52,634 bases of DNA from Haliscomenobacter hydrossis DSM 1100 (GTDB taxonomy: Bacteria; Bacteroidota; Bacteroidia; Chitinophagales; Saprospiraceae). Made by a program: the position numbers and the translations under genes. The stretch covers positions 1-52,634 of the forward strand of contig CAMDWC010000001.1 of assembly GCA_945878825.1 (NCBI GenBank), given 5' to 3'. Below, piece after piece: positions 8,349 to 18,386 of the stretch. The notes below the pieces were generated by a model that did no database searches, was not told the origin of the DNA, and was given only the letters and a program-made list of their open reading frames with translations. The stretch's first letter is position 1. Each line of letters begins with the position of its first letter.

Positions 8349-9280
8349 ATGCTTGAAAGGGCAAAATCTACCTCCTTTTTAAAGGCAGCCACTTTGATAT
8401 TCGGATCACCTTTACCCAATGTTTCAATGGGAATGAACCCTTTGTACGATGAATATTTTATGAGCTTAAATAATTTGGCAAGATCTACCTTTTTTTCTAT
8501 CCCATTTTCAAATATATTCTCTTTTATTTGCCAATTTATAGCCAACGGAATGGTTGATTTAATTTGCTCATAAGGATCGCCTGTTCTATAACTTCCGATA
8601 TCAAGTATTAATCCAAACCATTCATGTTGGACCATGTCAAATATTTTGTGAACTTCCTCTGCCGTTTTAATAAAATCATTATGATTTTGCATGCCAATAA
8701 TAATGCCATATTTTTGACCAAAGTCGGCACATTCTTTTAAATCTTCAGCCATCCAGGTAGCGATATCCATCCAGAAATAATCTTTAGGAATAATTACCCC
8801 AGAAAAAACACGTAAAACGGGAGCACCCATTTTTGCGGCAACGACAATCCAGTTTTTGACCCTTTCAACCTCTAATCGTCTAAGATCTCTATTGGGCTGC
8901 GTAAAATCATTTCTTACGCCCATTCCACTTACAGACAAACCTAATAAATGAGCTTTTCTTTTAATATAATATATAAATTCATCAGAAGGTACCGCTGGAT
9001 AACCCGGAAAATAATAGCCTGTTAAATCAATGCCATCAAAATGATGCAGTGAGGCAAAGACCAGGAGATCCTCTAAACTCATGGTTTTATTCATGAGCGG
9101 TTCATTAAATGAATAAGCATTCAAACTGGTTTTCAATAATTGTCCCCCCGTGGATTCGCCTTTAACTAAAGAAAAAGAGGGAGCTATTAACCCCGCGAAG
9201 GGAAGAACACCGCACATTTTCAGCCATTGTCTTCTTTGTTCTCTTAATTGCATTTGAATAGATTGACGTAATAAAATCAA
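8345..9280 (-). CDS. sugar phosphate isomerase/epimerase (xylose-isomerase-like TIM barrel), Tat-signal
   Basis: 311 aa with the twin-arginine motif QRRQWLK (the likely real start is the internal Met of MQLREQRR). Family-like strings include LNAYSF, FDGIDLTGYYFPGYP and GMQNHNDF. Confidence 0.8.
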   Translation of the reverse strand: MILLRQSIQMQLREQRRQWLKMCGVLPFAGLIAPSFSLVKGESTGGQLLKTSLNAYSFNEPLMNKTMSLEDLLVFASLHHFDGIDLTGYYFPGYPAVPSDEFIYYIKRKAHLLGLSVSGMGVRNDFTQPNRDLRRLEVERVKNWIVVAAKMGAPVLRVFSGVIIPKDYFWMDIATWMAEDLKECADFGQKYGIIIGMQNHNDFIKTAEEVHKIFDMVQHEWFGLILDIGSYRTGDPYEQIKSTIPLAINWQIKENIFENGIEKKVDLAKLFKLIKYSSYKGFIPIETLGKGDPNIKVAAFKKEVDFALSSI

Positions 9281-9355
9281 TATTTAAATATAACTCATCT
9301 TATTCAATAAATGATTATATTGGTACACATTAGCTCCACACAGAAAAAACACAAC

Positions 9356-10963
9356 ATGCATCGCTTTATTCTAATCCTGTTATTTTGCCCTTTTTTGATT
9401 TTAGCTCAAGACGGTCCAACTGATTTATTACCTCCAACTTTTCATAAATCAAGAAGGGAGGCTTGTCGGAAATTAATGCCGCCAAAAAGTGTTGCTGTAT
9501 TTTTTGCTTCACCCATAAGAAATAGGGCCAATGATGTGGATTATATCTACCATCAGGATCCAGATTTTTATTACCTGACGGGCTATACAGAGCCCAATGC
9601 TGTTTTAGTTTTATTCTCTGAAAATCAAAAAGACTCGCTTGGCAAAGATTTTAATGAACTGTTTTATGCTCAAAGCAGGGACCCCCAGAGAGAGCAATGG
9701 GATGGAAAAAGATTGGGTGCTGAAGGGGTGAAAACTACCTTAGGCATAGAACAAGCCTTTGACCATAAGGAATTTAAAAACAAGGAAATTCCATTTAATC
9801 AATTTTCAAAAGTCTTCTTTGTTGATTTTAAAAATGACGTGCGCAATTCCAGTGATGCATCAGATCTATTTGACCTAATAGAAACATTTAAAATTAAGGC
9901 GGGCATTCCTTCCAATTACAATGCCGCTAAAGAAGCATTATACAAGCAACTTAGGGAAGTTACTGAAGAAAATTATCTTCTGTTGGCAGAAGGTTTATTT
10001 GCGAAGTATGGGAGAAATCCTGGCCTTAGAAGTGACGCCTTTTTCCAGGCCTTTATCAAGGCTGGAAATGGATTGGAAGCAATTAAGGTGGTTAAAAGCA
10101 TACCGATACTACCTGAAAATCTGGACGCTACCATTCTCAATCAATTTTTGGGTCAATTGCGGATGATTAAAACGCCTGAAGAGATAAAGTTACTCAGAAA
10201 GGCCATTGATGTGTCTTGCATCGGACAAAATGAGGTCATGAAAGCCATGCATCCCAAGATGTCTGAAATGGAGATAAAGGGAATTCATGAATTTGTTTAT
10301 CGAAAATACGGATCTGAATTTGAAGGTTATCCCTCTATTGTTGGTTCAGGACATAATGCCTGTGTTTTGCACTATATAGAAAATAACAGGCAAACCGTTA
10401 GCACAGATTTAGTATTAATGGATTTAGGTGCTGAATATCATGGTTATACAGCTGATATTACCCGAACCATTCCAGGTGATGGAACTTTTTCAACGGAGCA
10501 GGCTGCCATTTATGATTTAGTTTATCAAGCACAGGAAGCGGCATTTAAAATATGTAAGCCGGGAACAGCCATCAGGGAAACCACTCGGGTAAGTCGGGAA
10601 ATCATAGACAAAGGGCTTGCAAAATTAGGCATCATTAAAGAAGGTGAGAAACACCCTTATTTTCCACATGGCGTTTCTCATCATATCGGATTGGATGTAC
10701 ATGACCGAAGTGCAAGTCCCAATCTGGCAGAAAACATGGTCATAACGGTTGAACCGGGCATTTACATTCCAGGCAATAGCCCTTGCGACCCTAAATGGTG
10801 GCGGATTGGCGTCCGGATTGAAGATGATATTCTCATTACTCAAACAGGATATGAGTTATTATCGGTGAAAGCGCCAAGAAAAATACAGGATATTGAAAAA
10901 CTGATGAAAGAAAAGAGTGCACTGGATGCCTTTATATTGCCAGATTTGGGTAAACAAAATTAA
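9356..10963 (+). CDS. pepP: Xaa-Pro aminopeptidase (M24B) with AMP_N domain
   Basis: The ORF is open from 9311. The likely start is MHRFILILLFCPFLILAQ (a signal peptide). It has the AMP_N motif YHQDPDFYYLTGY and metal ligands in DLGAEYHGYTADITRT, HGVSHHIGLDVHD, VEPGIY and RIEDD. Confidence 0.85.
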   Translation: MHRFILILLFCPFLILAQDGPTDLLPPTFHKSRREACRKLMPPKSVAVFFASPIRNRANDVDYIYHQDPDFYYLTGYTEPNAVLVLFSENQKDSLGKDFNELFYAQSRDPQREQWDGKRLGAEGVKTTLGIEQAFDHKEFKNKEIPFNQFSKVFFVDFKNDVRNSSDASDLFDLIETFKIKAGIPSNYNAAKEALYKQLREVTEENYLLLAEGLFAKYGRNPGLRSDAFFQAFIKAGNGLEAIKVVKSIPILPENLDATILNQFLGQLRMIKTPEEIKLLRKAIDVSCIGQNEVMKAMHPKMSEMEIKGIHEFVYRKYGSEFEGYPSIVGSGHNACVLHYIENNRQTVSTDLVLMDLGAEYHGYTADITRTIPGDGTFSTEQAAIYDLVYQAQEAAFKICKPGTAIRETTRVSREIIDKGLAKLGIIKEGEKHPYFPHGVSHHIGLDVHDRSASPNLAENMVITVEPGIYIPGNSPCDPKWWRIGVRIEDDILITQTGYELLSVKAPRKIQDIEKLMKEKSALDAFILPDLGKQN

Positions 10964-12381
10964 AACAACGCATTCATGTCTAGCACGTTATCAATTAATC
11001 CCAGTGATTCTTTGTTTTGAACCAGGCCGAAAGTGGTAACCAGAACAATAAATATCTGTTTTTTGGTTTTAGTTGTATGTACGAAAATGCTTTTTTTGCG
11101 ACGCAAATTTTCTCCGTCCATTTTTGACAACTGAAAATAATCGTTGTAAAATTTCATTTCACAAAGGGAAATAACCTGATCTTGTCTGTCAATGATGAGG
11201 TCAATTTGAGTTCCGGCACTTATATCTGTTGCTTTTACAATAAATCCATATTGGCTTGTTATTACACCGCTGATACCAAGCGACATTTTAATTTTATCAA
11301 TATGATTTAAACAAATATTTTCAAAGGCATATCCACTCCAGGTAATCCATTTTTGAGTTTGACTTAAAGTCACCCAGGAAGTAACAGCATTATTTGATAA
11401 ATCTTTTATGAATTGTAAATAAAAAAGAGAATAGAAGTCAGTCAATCTGTATAGCGTATCTTTTTTCTTTTTTCCAAAAGGAATATAAGATGAAATAAAG
11501 CCTGACTGTTCCAATTCTTGTAACATAAGGGTAATTCCTCCCCCATCGTTCAATTTTGTTTTTAGCAGAATTTCTCCCCTTCCCAGCCCTTTCCAGGAGG
11601 TGGAAAGGGCAATAATTAGTTTTTCATATCGATCTGGATTATCAAATAGCGAACGATAAAGATTATCAAACTCATTTCTTAATAATCCATCTGGTTGAAA
11701 ACAAATTTTATCGATATTTTGAGCCGCACTTTTACCCCTCTCTACTTGTTCAAGATATAATGGTATGCCACCCATTGCCATATATATTAACAAAATTTGA
11801 TACCTGTCAAAAGTAATAGCTTTTGACAGAAAAAAGGTTTCCACTTCAGACAGGGTAAAAGGTTGCAAATGAATCCTTTGAGTTACCCTATTATGTAAAC
11901 CTCCTTTATCATTGATTATTTTTTGAATCATCCAGGCAGTAGCAGACCCACAAATTATTATAAGAATATTTGATTTAGAGGCATAGGAATTCCAAAAATA
12001 ACTAAATCCAGCTATGAAATCTGATTTTCCACTTGCCAGCCAGGGTACTTCGTCCAAAAACAAAACCATTCTTCTATCTTGTTTTTCTAAAGATTCGAAG
12101 AATAATTTTAACTGATAAAAGGCATCCAGCCAATCCTTTGGAGGTTTAGGTAGCTCATCTAAATTTTGAGCATCTTTCAAACTAAAAGAGAAATTTCTTA
12201 ATTGTTGCCCCTTTGAAATGTTTTTCAATCCTGACAATTCAAAATCTATTTTTCCTTTAAAAAAAGAACGAATTAGAAACGTTTTTCCTACCCTTCTTCT
12301 TCCAAATACGGCAAGAAGTTCAGGCTTATCTGACGAATAAATTTTCGATAATAATTCAATTTCCTTTTCTCGACCTACCAT
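10960..12381 (-). CDS. AAA ATPase (archaeal-ATPase/DUF234-like ATP-binding protein)
   Basis: 473 aa with GREKEIELL, Walker A GRRRVGKTF and Walker B LFLDEV, then a long C-terminal domain. Confidence 0.8.
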   Translation of the reverse strand: MVGREKEIELLSKIYSSDKPELLAVFGRRRVGKTFLIRSFFKGKIDFELSGLKNISKGQQLRNFSFSLKDAQNLDELPKPPKDWLDAFYQLKLFFESLEKQDRRMVLFLDEVPWLASGKSDFIAGFSYFWNSYASKSNILIIICGSATAWMIQKIINDKGGLHNRVTQRIHLQPFTLSEVETFFLSKAITFDRYQILLIYMAMGGIPLYLEQVERGKSAAQNIDKICFQPDGLLRNEFDNLYRSLFDNPDRYEKLIIALSTSWKGLGRGEILLKTKLNDGGGITLMLQELEQSGFISSYIPFGKKKKDTLYRLTDFYSLFYLQFIKDLSNNAVTSWVTLSQTQKWITWSGYAFENICLNHIDKIKMSLGISGVITSQYGFIVKATDISAGTQIDLIIDRQDQVISLCEMKFYNDYFQLSKMDGENLRRKKSIFVHTTKTKKQIFIVLVTTFGLVQNKESLGLIDNVLDMNALF

Positions 12382-12456
12382 AAAATATTGCTTTAATCCG
12401 CGGAATGTAGGTAAAAATACATAGATTCCGCGGATAATGCTATTTATTTGTAAAGA

Positions 12457-13041
12457 TCACTTGATTGTATTATTAAGTCTAAGGTCAAGAGGCTCTTTGT
12501 AAGTCCACTCATACATGGTTGTATCATACTGAGACATAATTCCGGGAAATTCTATAAAATCCTCCCGAAGAGACGTCATTGGAATTGACCCTTTATTTTT
12601 TATCAAATCGTCAAAGATTAATTTCCCAAAATTTACGACCTCCGTCTCAGGAATCATTTTAGTAACGAAAAATTCCCTAAAGAGGTTAATCTCTCCTTTA
12701 TCATCAAGGGTAAACATGCCAGCAACCCCTCTTTTGTAATCATTTATATTTCTGGCCGGTCTGAGCAGGTAAAAATAATAATGGGACTTCTCGTCTTTGA
12801 AGAATCGTATCACTTGAAATTTGAGACTTTCCTTCAGATAAAACGGGCGATGTTTGGCTAAGAATCTATCCTCTTTGGCCACATTTGGCGGCGCTAAATA
12901 TACGTAGGAAGTTATTTTCGCAAGTACCTCCTTTTGTTCGTCGGCCGAAAAGTAATAGCCAAAATCGAGCGTTGAAGTTGCTTCTGTCTTGCAGCCCCAA
13001 AATAAAATAATTCCAAGAACGCAGGTAAGTAAAATTTTCAT
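12457..13041 (-). CDS. hypothetical lipoprotein
   Basis: 194 aa with a signal peptide and lipobox-like LFWGC. No family recognised. Confidence 0.5.
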   Translation of the reverse strand: MKILLTCVLGIILFWGCKTEATSTLDFGYYFSADEQKEVLAKITSYVYLAPPNVAKEDRFLAKHRPFYLKESLKFQVIRFFKDEKSHYYFYLLRPARNINDYKRGVAGMFTLDDKGEINLFREFFVTKMIPETEVVNFGKLIFDDLIKNKGSIPMTSLREDFIEFPGIMSQYDTTMYEWTYKEPLDLRLNNTIK

Positions 13042-13065
13042 CCCAAAAGGCTTATGTTTAAAATA

Positions 13066-13092
13066 AACAAGGGGATAAAATACCCCCTTGTT
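13066..13092 (-). terminator. putative rho-independent terminator after 13118-14968
   Basis: The stem CAAGGGG/CCCCTTG (13068-13074 / 13084-13090) is followed on the minus strand by a T-rich tract. Confidence 0.45.
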
Positions 13093-13117
13093 ACCTATTC
13101 TATAAAAAATTTTATTA

Positions 13118-14968
13118 CTATCCTTTGGAGTAGTTTTTCAATTCAGGAGACCATTCAGCCCAACTTTGAGCCCAGTTGGTAGTACCAAAGGCACCTTTAT
13201 GAGGAACTACTGTGAAGAAAGAAGGAAGACCAGTAAACACTGCACCAGTCAATAAAGAAGAACCTACATTTGGCGTGGTTTTAGGATTAATAGTACCGAA
13301 GATTGACACATCAATACCAGCATCTGACCATTTTGGAAGGATTGCATTATTTTCTACGAACCAGCTTTCCGCTTCTTTTCCATTAACCATAAGCGCTGTA
13401 AGCGTGTAAATACCATTAGAAAAGGCACCCGTTCCAGCACCTATACGGAAACCTCTTGGGGCATTCGGATGGTTGGCACCACTGGCTGGAGCAACAGTAA
13501 AGACAGTTCCCGCCGAACCAAATCCATTACCACCCCAGTTGTCCACACCTGCTACCACGTTATTTCTTAACAACAATTCGTTAGCTGCGGCATTTGCAGC
13601 AGTATTAGCACCATCGATGAAGATACCATTTGGATAACCAGTGAAGAAAGAGTTGTGAATTTTCAACTTATTATTTCTTCTAAGTTGTGCTGCAGATTGA
13701 AACTGTAAAGAAATAGGCGTCTCTCTCGTCGCTTTTGGACCTATAATAGTAATATTAGAGAAAGTACCTGATGTAAACGGAACTGCATCTGAACCTTGAC
13801 CATTGTTATCTACTTCAAAACCATTCGAACCAGACTGATCTGCCAGCGTTGCACCACGAACGCCTAATCCAAATTGAACTAGTCCAGAGAAACCAAAGTC
13901 AACATCAAAGTCATCATCTAAACCTTTAAAGGCAATAAGATACTTAGCATTTACTGTACCACCAAACCACTCAAATGAATCGTCTAGTCCATAGGTACAC
14001 ATCACGTATTCGATTTTTGTTTCACTACCTACTGCACCCATGGTAAGCGAATTAATTTCCTGATTAGGATTAACTGGTACCCCTGCATATTCAATACGCA
14101 CGTATTTTAAAGAACCCGAGTTGTCTGCATTATCAGGAGAAGTTCCGCCACCTGAGAATGCCTTATAACCACCTTCAAGTTCAAAAACACCCCCTGGTTG
14201 ATTATTGGAAGCTCTTCCGCAGATTACCAAACCACCCCAGTCACCTGGCTCTTTAGAACCAACCGCAGACTCAGAAGTGAACACGATGGGACTAGTAGCC
14301 GTACCTTCTGCAATAATCTTAGCACCTCTCTGAATAATTAAAGTTCCTTTGGATGCTTTTTCACCATAGATGACGGTACCTGGCTGAATAGTCAATGTAG
14401 GACCAGAATTCTTTGCAGGAACATCTGTCGCCGTAAGATCATTACCTACTCTTACAAAACCTTTCAACCTATAAATTTTGTCCGCCGTCCAAGTAGTATT
14501 GGCAGTAATTACTCCTGACACCTCAACAATAGGCTTGTTAGGGATTGCTGAAGTTGTTATGACTACAGATGCATCAGAAGAGGTAAGGCCTCCCTTATCG
14601 ACTGAAGTAAATATGAATGCCACGTTATCACCTTCTCTTGAAGTGGTAGGAATAGTATATTTAAATTCATACTTACCTGAAACTACTATGCCATCAAAAA
14701 CCACATCCGGTGTTGAGGCATCTACTAAACCATTTTTCCTAATTCTGATCAAAGATAGCCCACCCTTTGCTTCCGCGCTTACCGTAGCAGTAAGTTGCGC
14801 ACCAGGAGCGCCACTAAGCGTACTCACTGAAACAGATATTACAGGAGGTAATACTACTTCTTCTTTCTTACAAGATAATACTCCGACGGAGAAAATCGCC
14901 AATAGTGCAAGGCTTAGCCAACTACCGGATAATAGATTGTTTTGATTGTTTTTCATAAAATTAAGCAT
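13118..14968 (-). CDS. surface lipoprotein with Ig-like N-domain and beta-helix-like body (unassigned family)
   Basis: 616 aa with the lipobox VLSC. It is Gly/Asn/Thr-rich with repetitive strands, and the DDSFEWFGGTVNAKY...DDDFDVDFGF motif suggests a parallel beta-helix. It lies 10 bp downstream of the TonB-dependent receptor. Confidence 0.55.
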   Translation of the reverse strand: MLNFMKNNQNNLLSGSWLSLALLAIFSVGVLSCKKEEVVLPPVISVSVSTLSGAPGAQLTATVSAEAKGGLSLIRIRKNGLVDASTPDVVFDGIVVSGKYEFKYTIPTTSREGDNVAFIFTSVDKGGLTSSDASVVITTSAIPNKPIVEVSGVITANTTWTADKIYRLKGFVRVGNDLTATDVPAKNSGPTLTIQPGTVIYGEKASKGTLIIQRGAKIIAEGTATSPIVFTSESAVGSKEPGDWGGLVICGRASNNQPGGVFELEGGYKAFSGGGTSPDNADNSGSLKYVRIEYAGVPVNPNQEINSLTMGAVGSETKIEYVMCTYGLDDSFEWFGGTVNAKYLIAFKGLDDDFDVDFGFSGLVQFGLGVRGATLADQSGSNGFEVDNNGQGSDAVPFTSGTFSNITIIGPKATRETPISLQFQSAAQLRRNNKLKIHNSFFTGYPNGIFIDGANTAANAAANELLLRNNVVAGVDNWGGNGFGSAGTVFTVAPASGANHPNAPRGFRIGAGTGAFSNGIYTLTALMVNGKEAESWFVENNAILPKWSDAGIDVSIFGTINPKTTPNVGSSLLTGAVFTGLPSFFTVVPHKGAFGTTNWAQSWAEWSPELKNYSKG

Positions 14969-14978
14969 TTGAAATTGG

Positions 14979-17810
14979 TTATTTTCTTAAAATATCATAA
15001 CTAAAACCCAGGCTAAATACAGCACCAGGCTGAAATTCCTGAATGATATTATCTGTTTTTATATCGAACTTACCATCTAGGTTAGCGTCCTGAAGAAAGA
15101 TATTTTTTTGGTTAAGAATATCCGAGACACCCACCTTGAGTTTGAACCGATCAGACACTCTTTTCACCACGGTAAAATCTAAAATACCTCTTGGCATCTG
15201 GTATATGTCAGGATAGGAATCAAATCCAACAAAAATGATATTCTTTCCCACCACATTATACAGCGCATTAATCTGTAAGCCTTTAGCATCGTCCCTATAC
15301 GAAATCGTTGTGTTTACAATGTAAGGAGCCTGACCTTGTAAAGGTCTATTAGAGGACTGACCAATGGCAATAGCCCCCAAAGAAACCTCTGATTTGATAA
15401 GCGCCACGTTAAATATGAGATTGATTTTATCCAGGAAAGAAGAATTTGTCAATCCATTAAGAGACTTTTTCACTTCTACCTCTACTCCATACGTTGTTGC
15501 CGATTCTGCATTCCCAAAAGTAAAGGCTTTAGCACCCTGAGATCCTGCTCCTGGAATAAAGACCGTCTCTATAGGATTAATAAAGTACTTGTAAAATAAA
15601 GCGAAACTGACCGTTTCAGAAGCCTTTGGATAGGTTTCAAACCTAAAGTCTGCATTATGGATGGTTGGCGTCTCCAAGAATGGATTACCTCTATTAGTGA
15701 AGTTGGTATTAAAGTCGTAAAATCCAAAAGGAGCAAGCTCTCTAAATTCCGGACGATTCAAAGTTTCACCATAAGCTATTCTGAATAATGATTTTTCGGT
15801 AACGTTGTAACTGATATTGGCAGAAGGAAGAATTCTACTAACCGGATAATTGACATTAATAAGTTGATTAGTGAATGTTGCGGAGTTCAGTATTTGTATG
15901 TTGTTTTCATACCGAGCGCCAACTACTGCACTTATTTTTTTAGTCACTGGAATGTTAACCATTCCGTAAAACGCAAGTAACTCGTTAGAAGCATTATAGC
16001 TATCTGAGGGGTTCGACTGCTCATCTATTCTAATACCTGATTCGAAGTTAATGTTACTAGAGGCAAATAGATTCCACACATCAAGTCGTCCCAGCGCGTT
16101 ATTAAATCCGATAACGGGACGCACGTAGCCAATATTTCTTGCGGCAAAGTCCCTTTCCTTTTTTTCATAAAATCCTCCTGCTTTTATCTCCGGAGCGAAA
16201 TCAGGCATACCCTTTATTTTTAATATTTTGGCTATTCCAAAAGACCCAGTTACCGCATTTTCAGTCATTTCTGAATAAAATCTTCCTAAAAAGTCCGAAA
16301 CGGCCTGCCCCGGAGGGATATACAACTGTGCTTGACCATTAGAAACGTCAATGTCCTTTCTGTACCTTTTATAATCTGGTTGATCCCTGTTGGAGGAATT
16401 GTAACCAACCATCCATTCTACCTTCAAAGTTTCGTCCTTGAAAGTGTGATTTCCCAACATCTGGCCTGAGTAAATACCTCTATATACTTGGTCGTAGGAA
16501 CCAAAGGCTAAGTCTGCAAATTGTTGCGCTTCAAGATTAGTACCATACCTGCCAACGTACTGAGAGATCGCATTTTGGTTAAACAGATTCTTAAACTCCA
16601 GCTGATGGTTGTCTCCTAATTTAAATGCCCAATTGTGCACCAATCCCGTTCTTATAGATTGAGTATATTGCTGGTCTTTATAATTGAAAATGATAGATCT
16701 GTTACCTGTTAATCTGTCTTGTTCATTATAATCGGCACGGGAAATACCAAAGTTGGAAAAAGAATTGCTGTAGTTGAATGAAGTGATGTTTCCAATCTTA
16801 ATTTTCTCTCCTAAGTTAAAACGAAAAGCACTGGTAACCCCAATTCTTTGATCCAGACCAGCGTCTCTGGTTTCGGGCTCCCAGGTATTGACCAGCGAAC
16901 GACCCGCTTGAACAATCTCATTTCTTGTTAACCTACTGTCTCTAAGCGTTTTGGGGAAACTAGCGGGTAAATCTAACATCCCATTATTAAACCCTGTCCA
17001 ATGAGAAGAAGATCTTTCTTGATTTATAAATGTATTAAAAGTAGTATTTTGCCTGAATTGAGTAGAATAATCAAGAGAGATTGAATTTTCCTCAGGAATG
17101 CTTTTTGTGAAAATCTTCACCAGGCCACCGGCAAATTCTCCGGAAATATCTGGAGAAGGAGATTTATAGACCAATATTCTGTCTAATTGAGAACTTGGTA
17201 GAATGTTAAAATTGAATGACTTTACATCCGCTTCTACAGAAGGAGCAAACGCATTGTGTAATTGAACAGGATTGTATCTGGGAGCCAAACCTCTGATTTG
17301 TACGAAATTATTATCTGAAATGGTAACACCTGGCACACGCTTAACCACCTGGCCAGCATCTCTGTCTAGAGAAAGGGAAATTTGCTCGGCAGACAGGCCG
17401 CTTACCACCTGAAATGATCTGCGAATATCCAGAATGATCGCTATATTTGAATTAGTTTCCCTGGCAGCGACGATGGTTACTTCTCCAAGGTTCACTAAAT
17501 CTTCTTCGAGTTCAAGGTTAATTAAGGTAGTTTTATCGGCAACAACTTCGAGGTCCGTAATTTTGATGGTTTTGTAGGAAACATAACTTATGGTCAGTGA
17601 ATAAAAGCCAGGATCAACTTCCTTAATGTCAAATTGTCCGTTGATATCTGTTACTGCGCCGATTTCGGAGCCATCAATCATGATATTAGCACCAATGATG
17701 GTTTCCTTACTTAATTTATCAATAAGAGTTCCACGAATGATACCTTTTTGGGCAGAAACGAAACTAATGGTAGATAAAAAAATAAGTAGCACAAAATAAA
17801 TCTTACTCAT
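14979..17810 (-). CDS. TonB-dependent receptor with carboxypeptidase-regulatory-like N-domain
   Basis: 943 aa with a signal peptide and GIIRGTLID...GANIMIDG (CarboxypepD_reg-like). It has a plug region and a long beta-barrel that ends in an aromatic-rich strand. Confidence 0.9.
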   Translation of the reverse strand: MSKIYFVLLIFLSTISFVSAQKGIIRGTLIDKLSKETIIGANIMIDGSEIGAVTDINGQFDIKEVDPGFYSLTISYVSYKTIKITDLEVVADKTTLINLELEEDLVNLGEVTIVAARETNSNIAIILDIRRSFQVVSGLSAEQISLSLDRDAGQVVKRVPGVTISDNNFVQIRGLAPRYNPVQLHNAFAPSVEADVKSFNFNILPSSQLDRILVYKSPSPDISGEFAGGLVKIFTKSIPEENSISLDYSTQFRQNTTFNTFINQERSSSHWTGFNNGMLDLPASFPKTLRDSRLTRNEIVQAGRSLVNTWEPETRDAGLDQRIGVTSAFRFNLGEKIKIGNITSFNYSNSFSNFGISRADYNEQDRLTGNRSIIFNYKDQQYTQSIRTGLVHNWAFKLGDNHQLEFKNLFNQNAISQYVGRYGTNLEAQQFADLAFGSYDQVYRGIYSGQMLGNHTFKDETLKVEWMVGYNSSNRDQPDYKRYRKDIDVSNGQAQLYIPPGQAVSDFLGRFYSEMTENAVTGSFGIAKILKIKGMPDFAPEIKAGGFYEKKERDFAARNIGYVRPVIGFNNALGRLDVWNLFASSNINFESGIRIDEQSNPSDSYNASNELLAFYGMVNIPVTKKISAVVGARYENNIQILNSATFTNQLINVNYPVSRILPSANISYNVTEKSLFRIAYGETLNRPEFRELAPFGFYDFNTNFTNRGNPFLETPTIHNADFRFETYPKASETVSFALFYKYFINPIETVFIPGAGSQGAKAFTFGNAESATTYGVEVEVKKSLNGLTNSSFLDKINLIFNVALIKSEVSLGAIAIGQSSNRPLQGQAPYIVNTTISYRDDAKGLQINALYNVVGKNIIFVGFDSYPDIYQMPRGILDFTVVKRVSDRFKLKVGVSDILNQKNIFLQDANLDGKFDIKTDNIIQEFQPGAVFSLGFSYDILRK

Positions 17811-18143
17811 AAAAATAGTTTCTATTAATTTAATGGCGAAATTAATTCAGCAGTATTAACTGATTATTTTCTCAAGATTAACATTAGGTTAAAAACCACC
17901 TTTATGAGTATCCATTTTTATTGTGAAAATGTTGTTTCGGGTAATTATTCGTGGGTAGTGTTTATAATTTTAGCTATTTTCCATCTTCAATGTTAACTGA
18001 TTATTAACTGAATGTGACTGAGTTATGAAAGGCGAATCATCCATTTAATTTATGTGTAAATACAATTTTTGTATAAGCGCAAAAAAACTTACTAAAAAGA
18101 ATAACTTAAGTGATAATTTAATATATTTCAACGTAAATTTGAA

Positions 18144-18386
18144 ATGATGAACGCGAAACTCACTTTGAATCTTGATAAAGAAATAATTAACGAAGCAAAA
18201 ATTTACGCTAAAAGTAATAGTGTAAGTCTATCAAAATTGATAGAAAACTATCTAAATTCGCTAAAAAAAAAGTCAAAGGAAAAGTCATCTGTTAGTGCGT
18301 TGGTAGAAAGTTTGACTGAAATTATTCCTAATGATTATGATGAAAGAGATGGGTATAGAAATTACATTGACAAGAAATATTCATAA
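18144..18386 (+). CDS. DUF6364-type antitoxin
   Basis: 80 aa with KLTLNLDKEIINEAKIYAKSNSVSLSKLIENYLNSL, typical of this antitoxin family. Its stop overlaps the PIN start (TAATG). Confidence 0.6.
   Translation: MMNAKLTLNLDKEIINEAKIYAKSNSVSLSKLIENYLNSLKKKSKEKSSVSALVESLTEIIPNDYDERDGYRNYIDKKYS

Noticed and set aside
13212-14945. Plus-strand ORFs 13212-13409 and 14478-14945 inside the 616-aa lipoprotein gene
   Set aside because: These are antisense shadows of a long, well-supported minus-strand gene. Their composition-driven Ser/Thr/Val-rich products show no domain features.
17811-18143. Riboswitch (e.g. cobalamin) in the 5' leader of the TonB-dependent receptor
   Set aside because: No B12-box-like GCCACTG or THI-box CTGAGA is present on the minus strand. 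The region is AT-rich with only short repeats.
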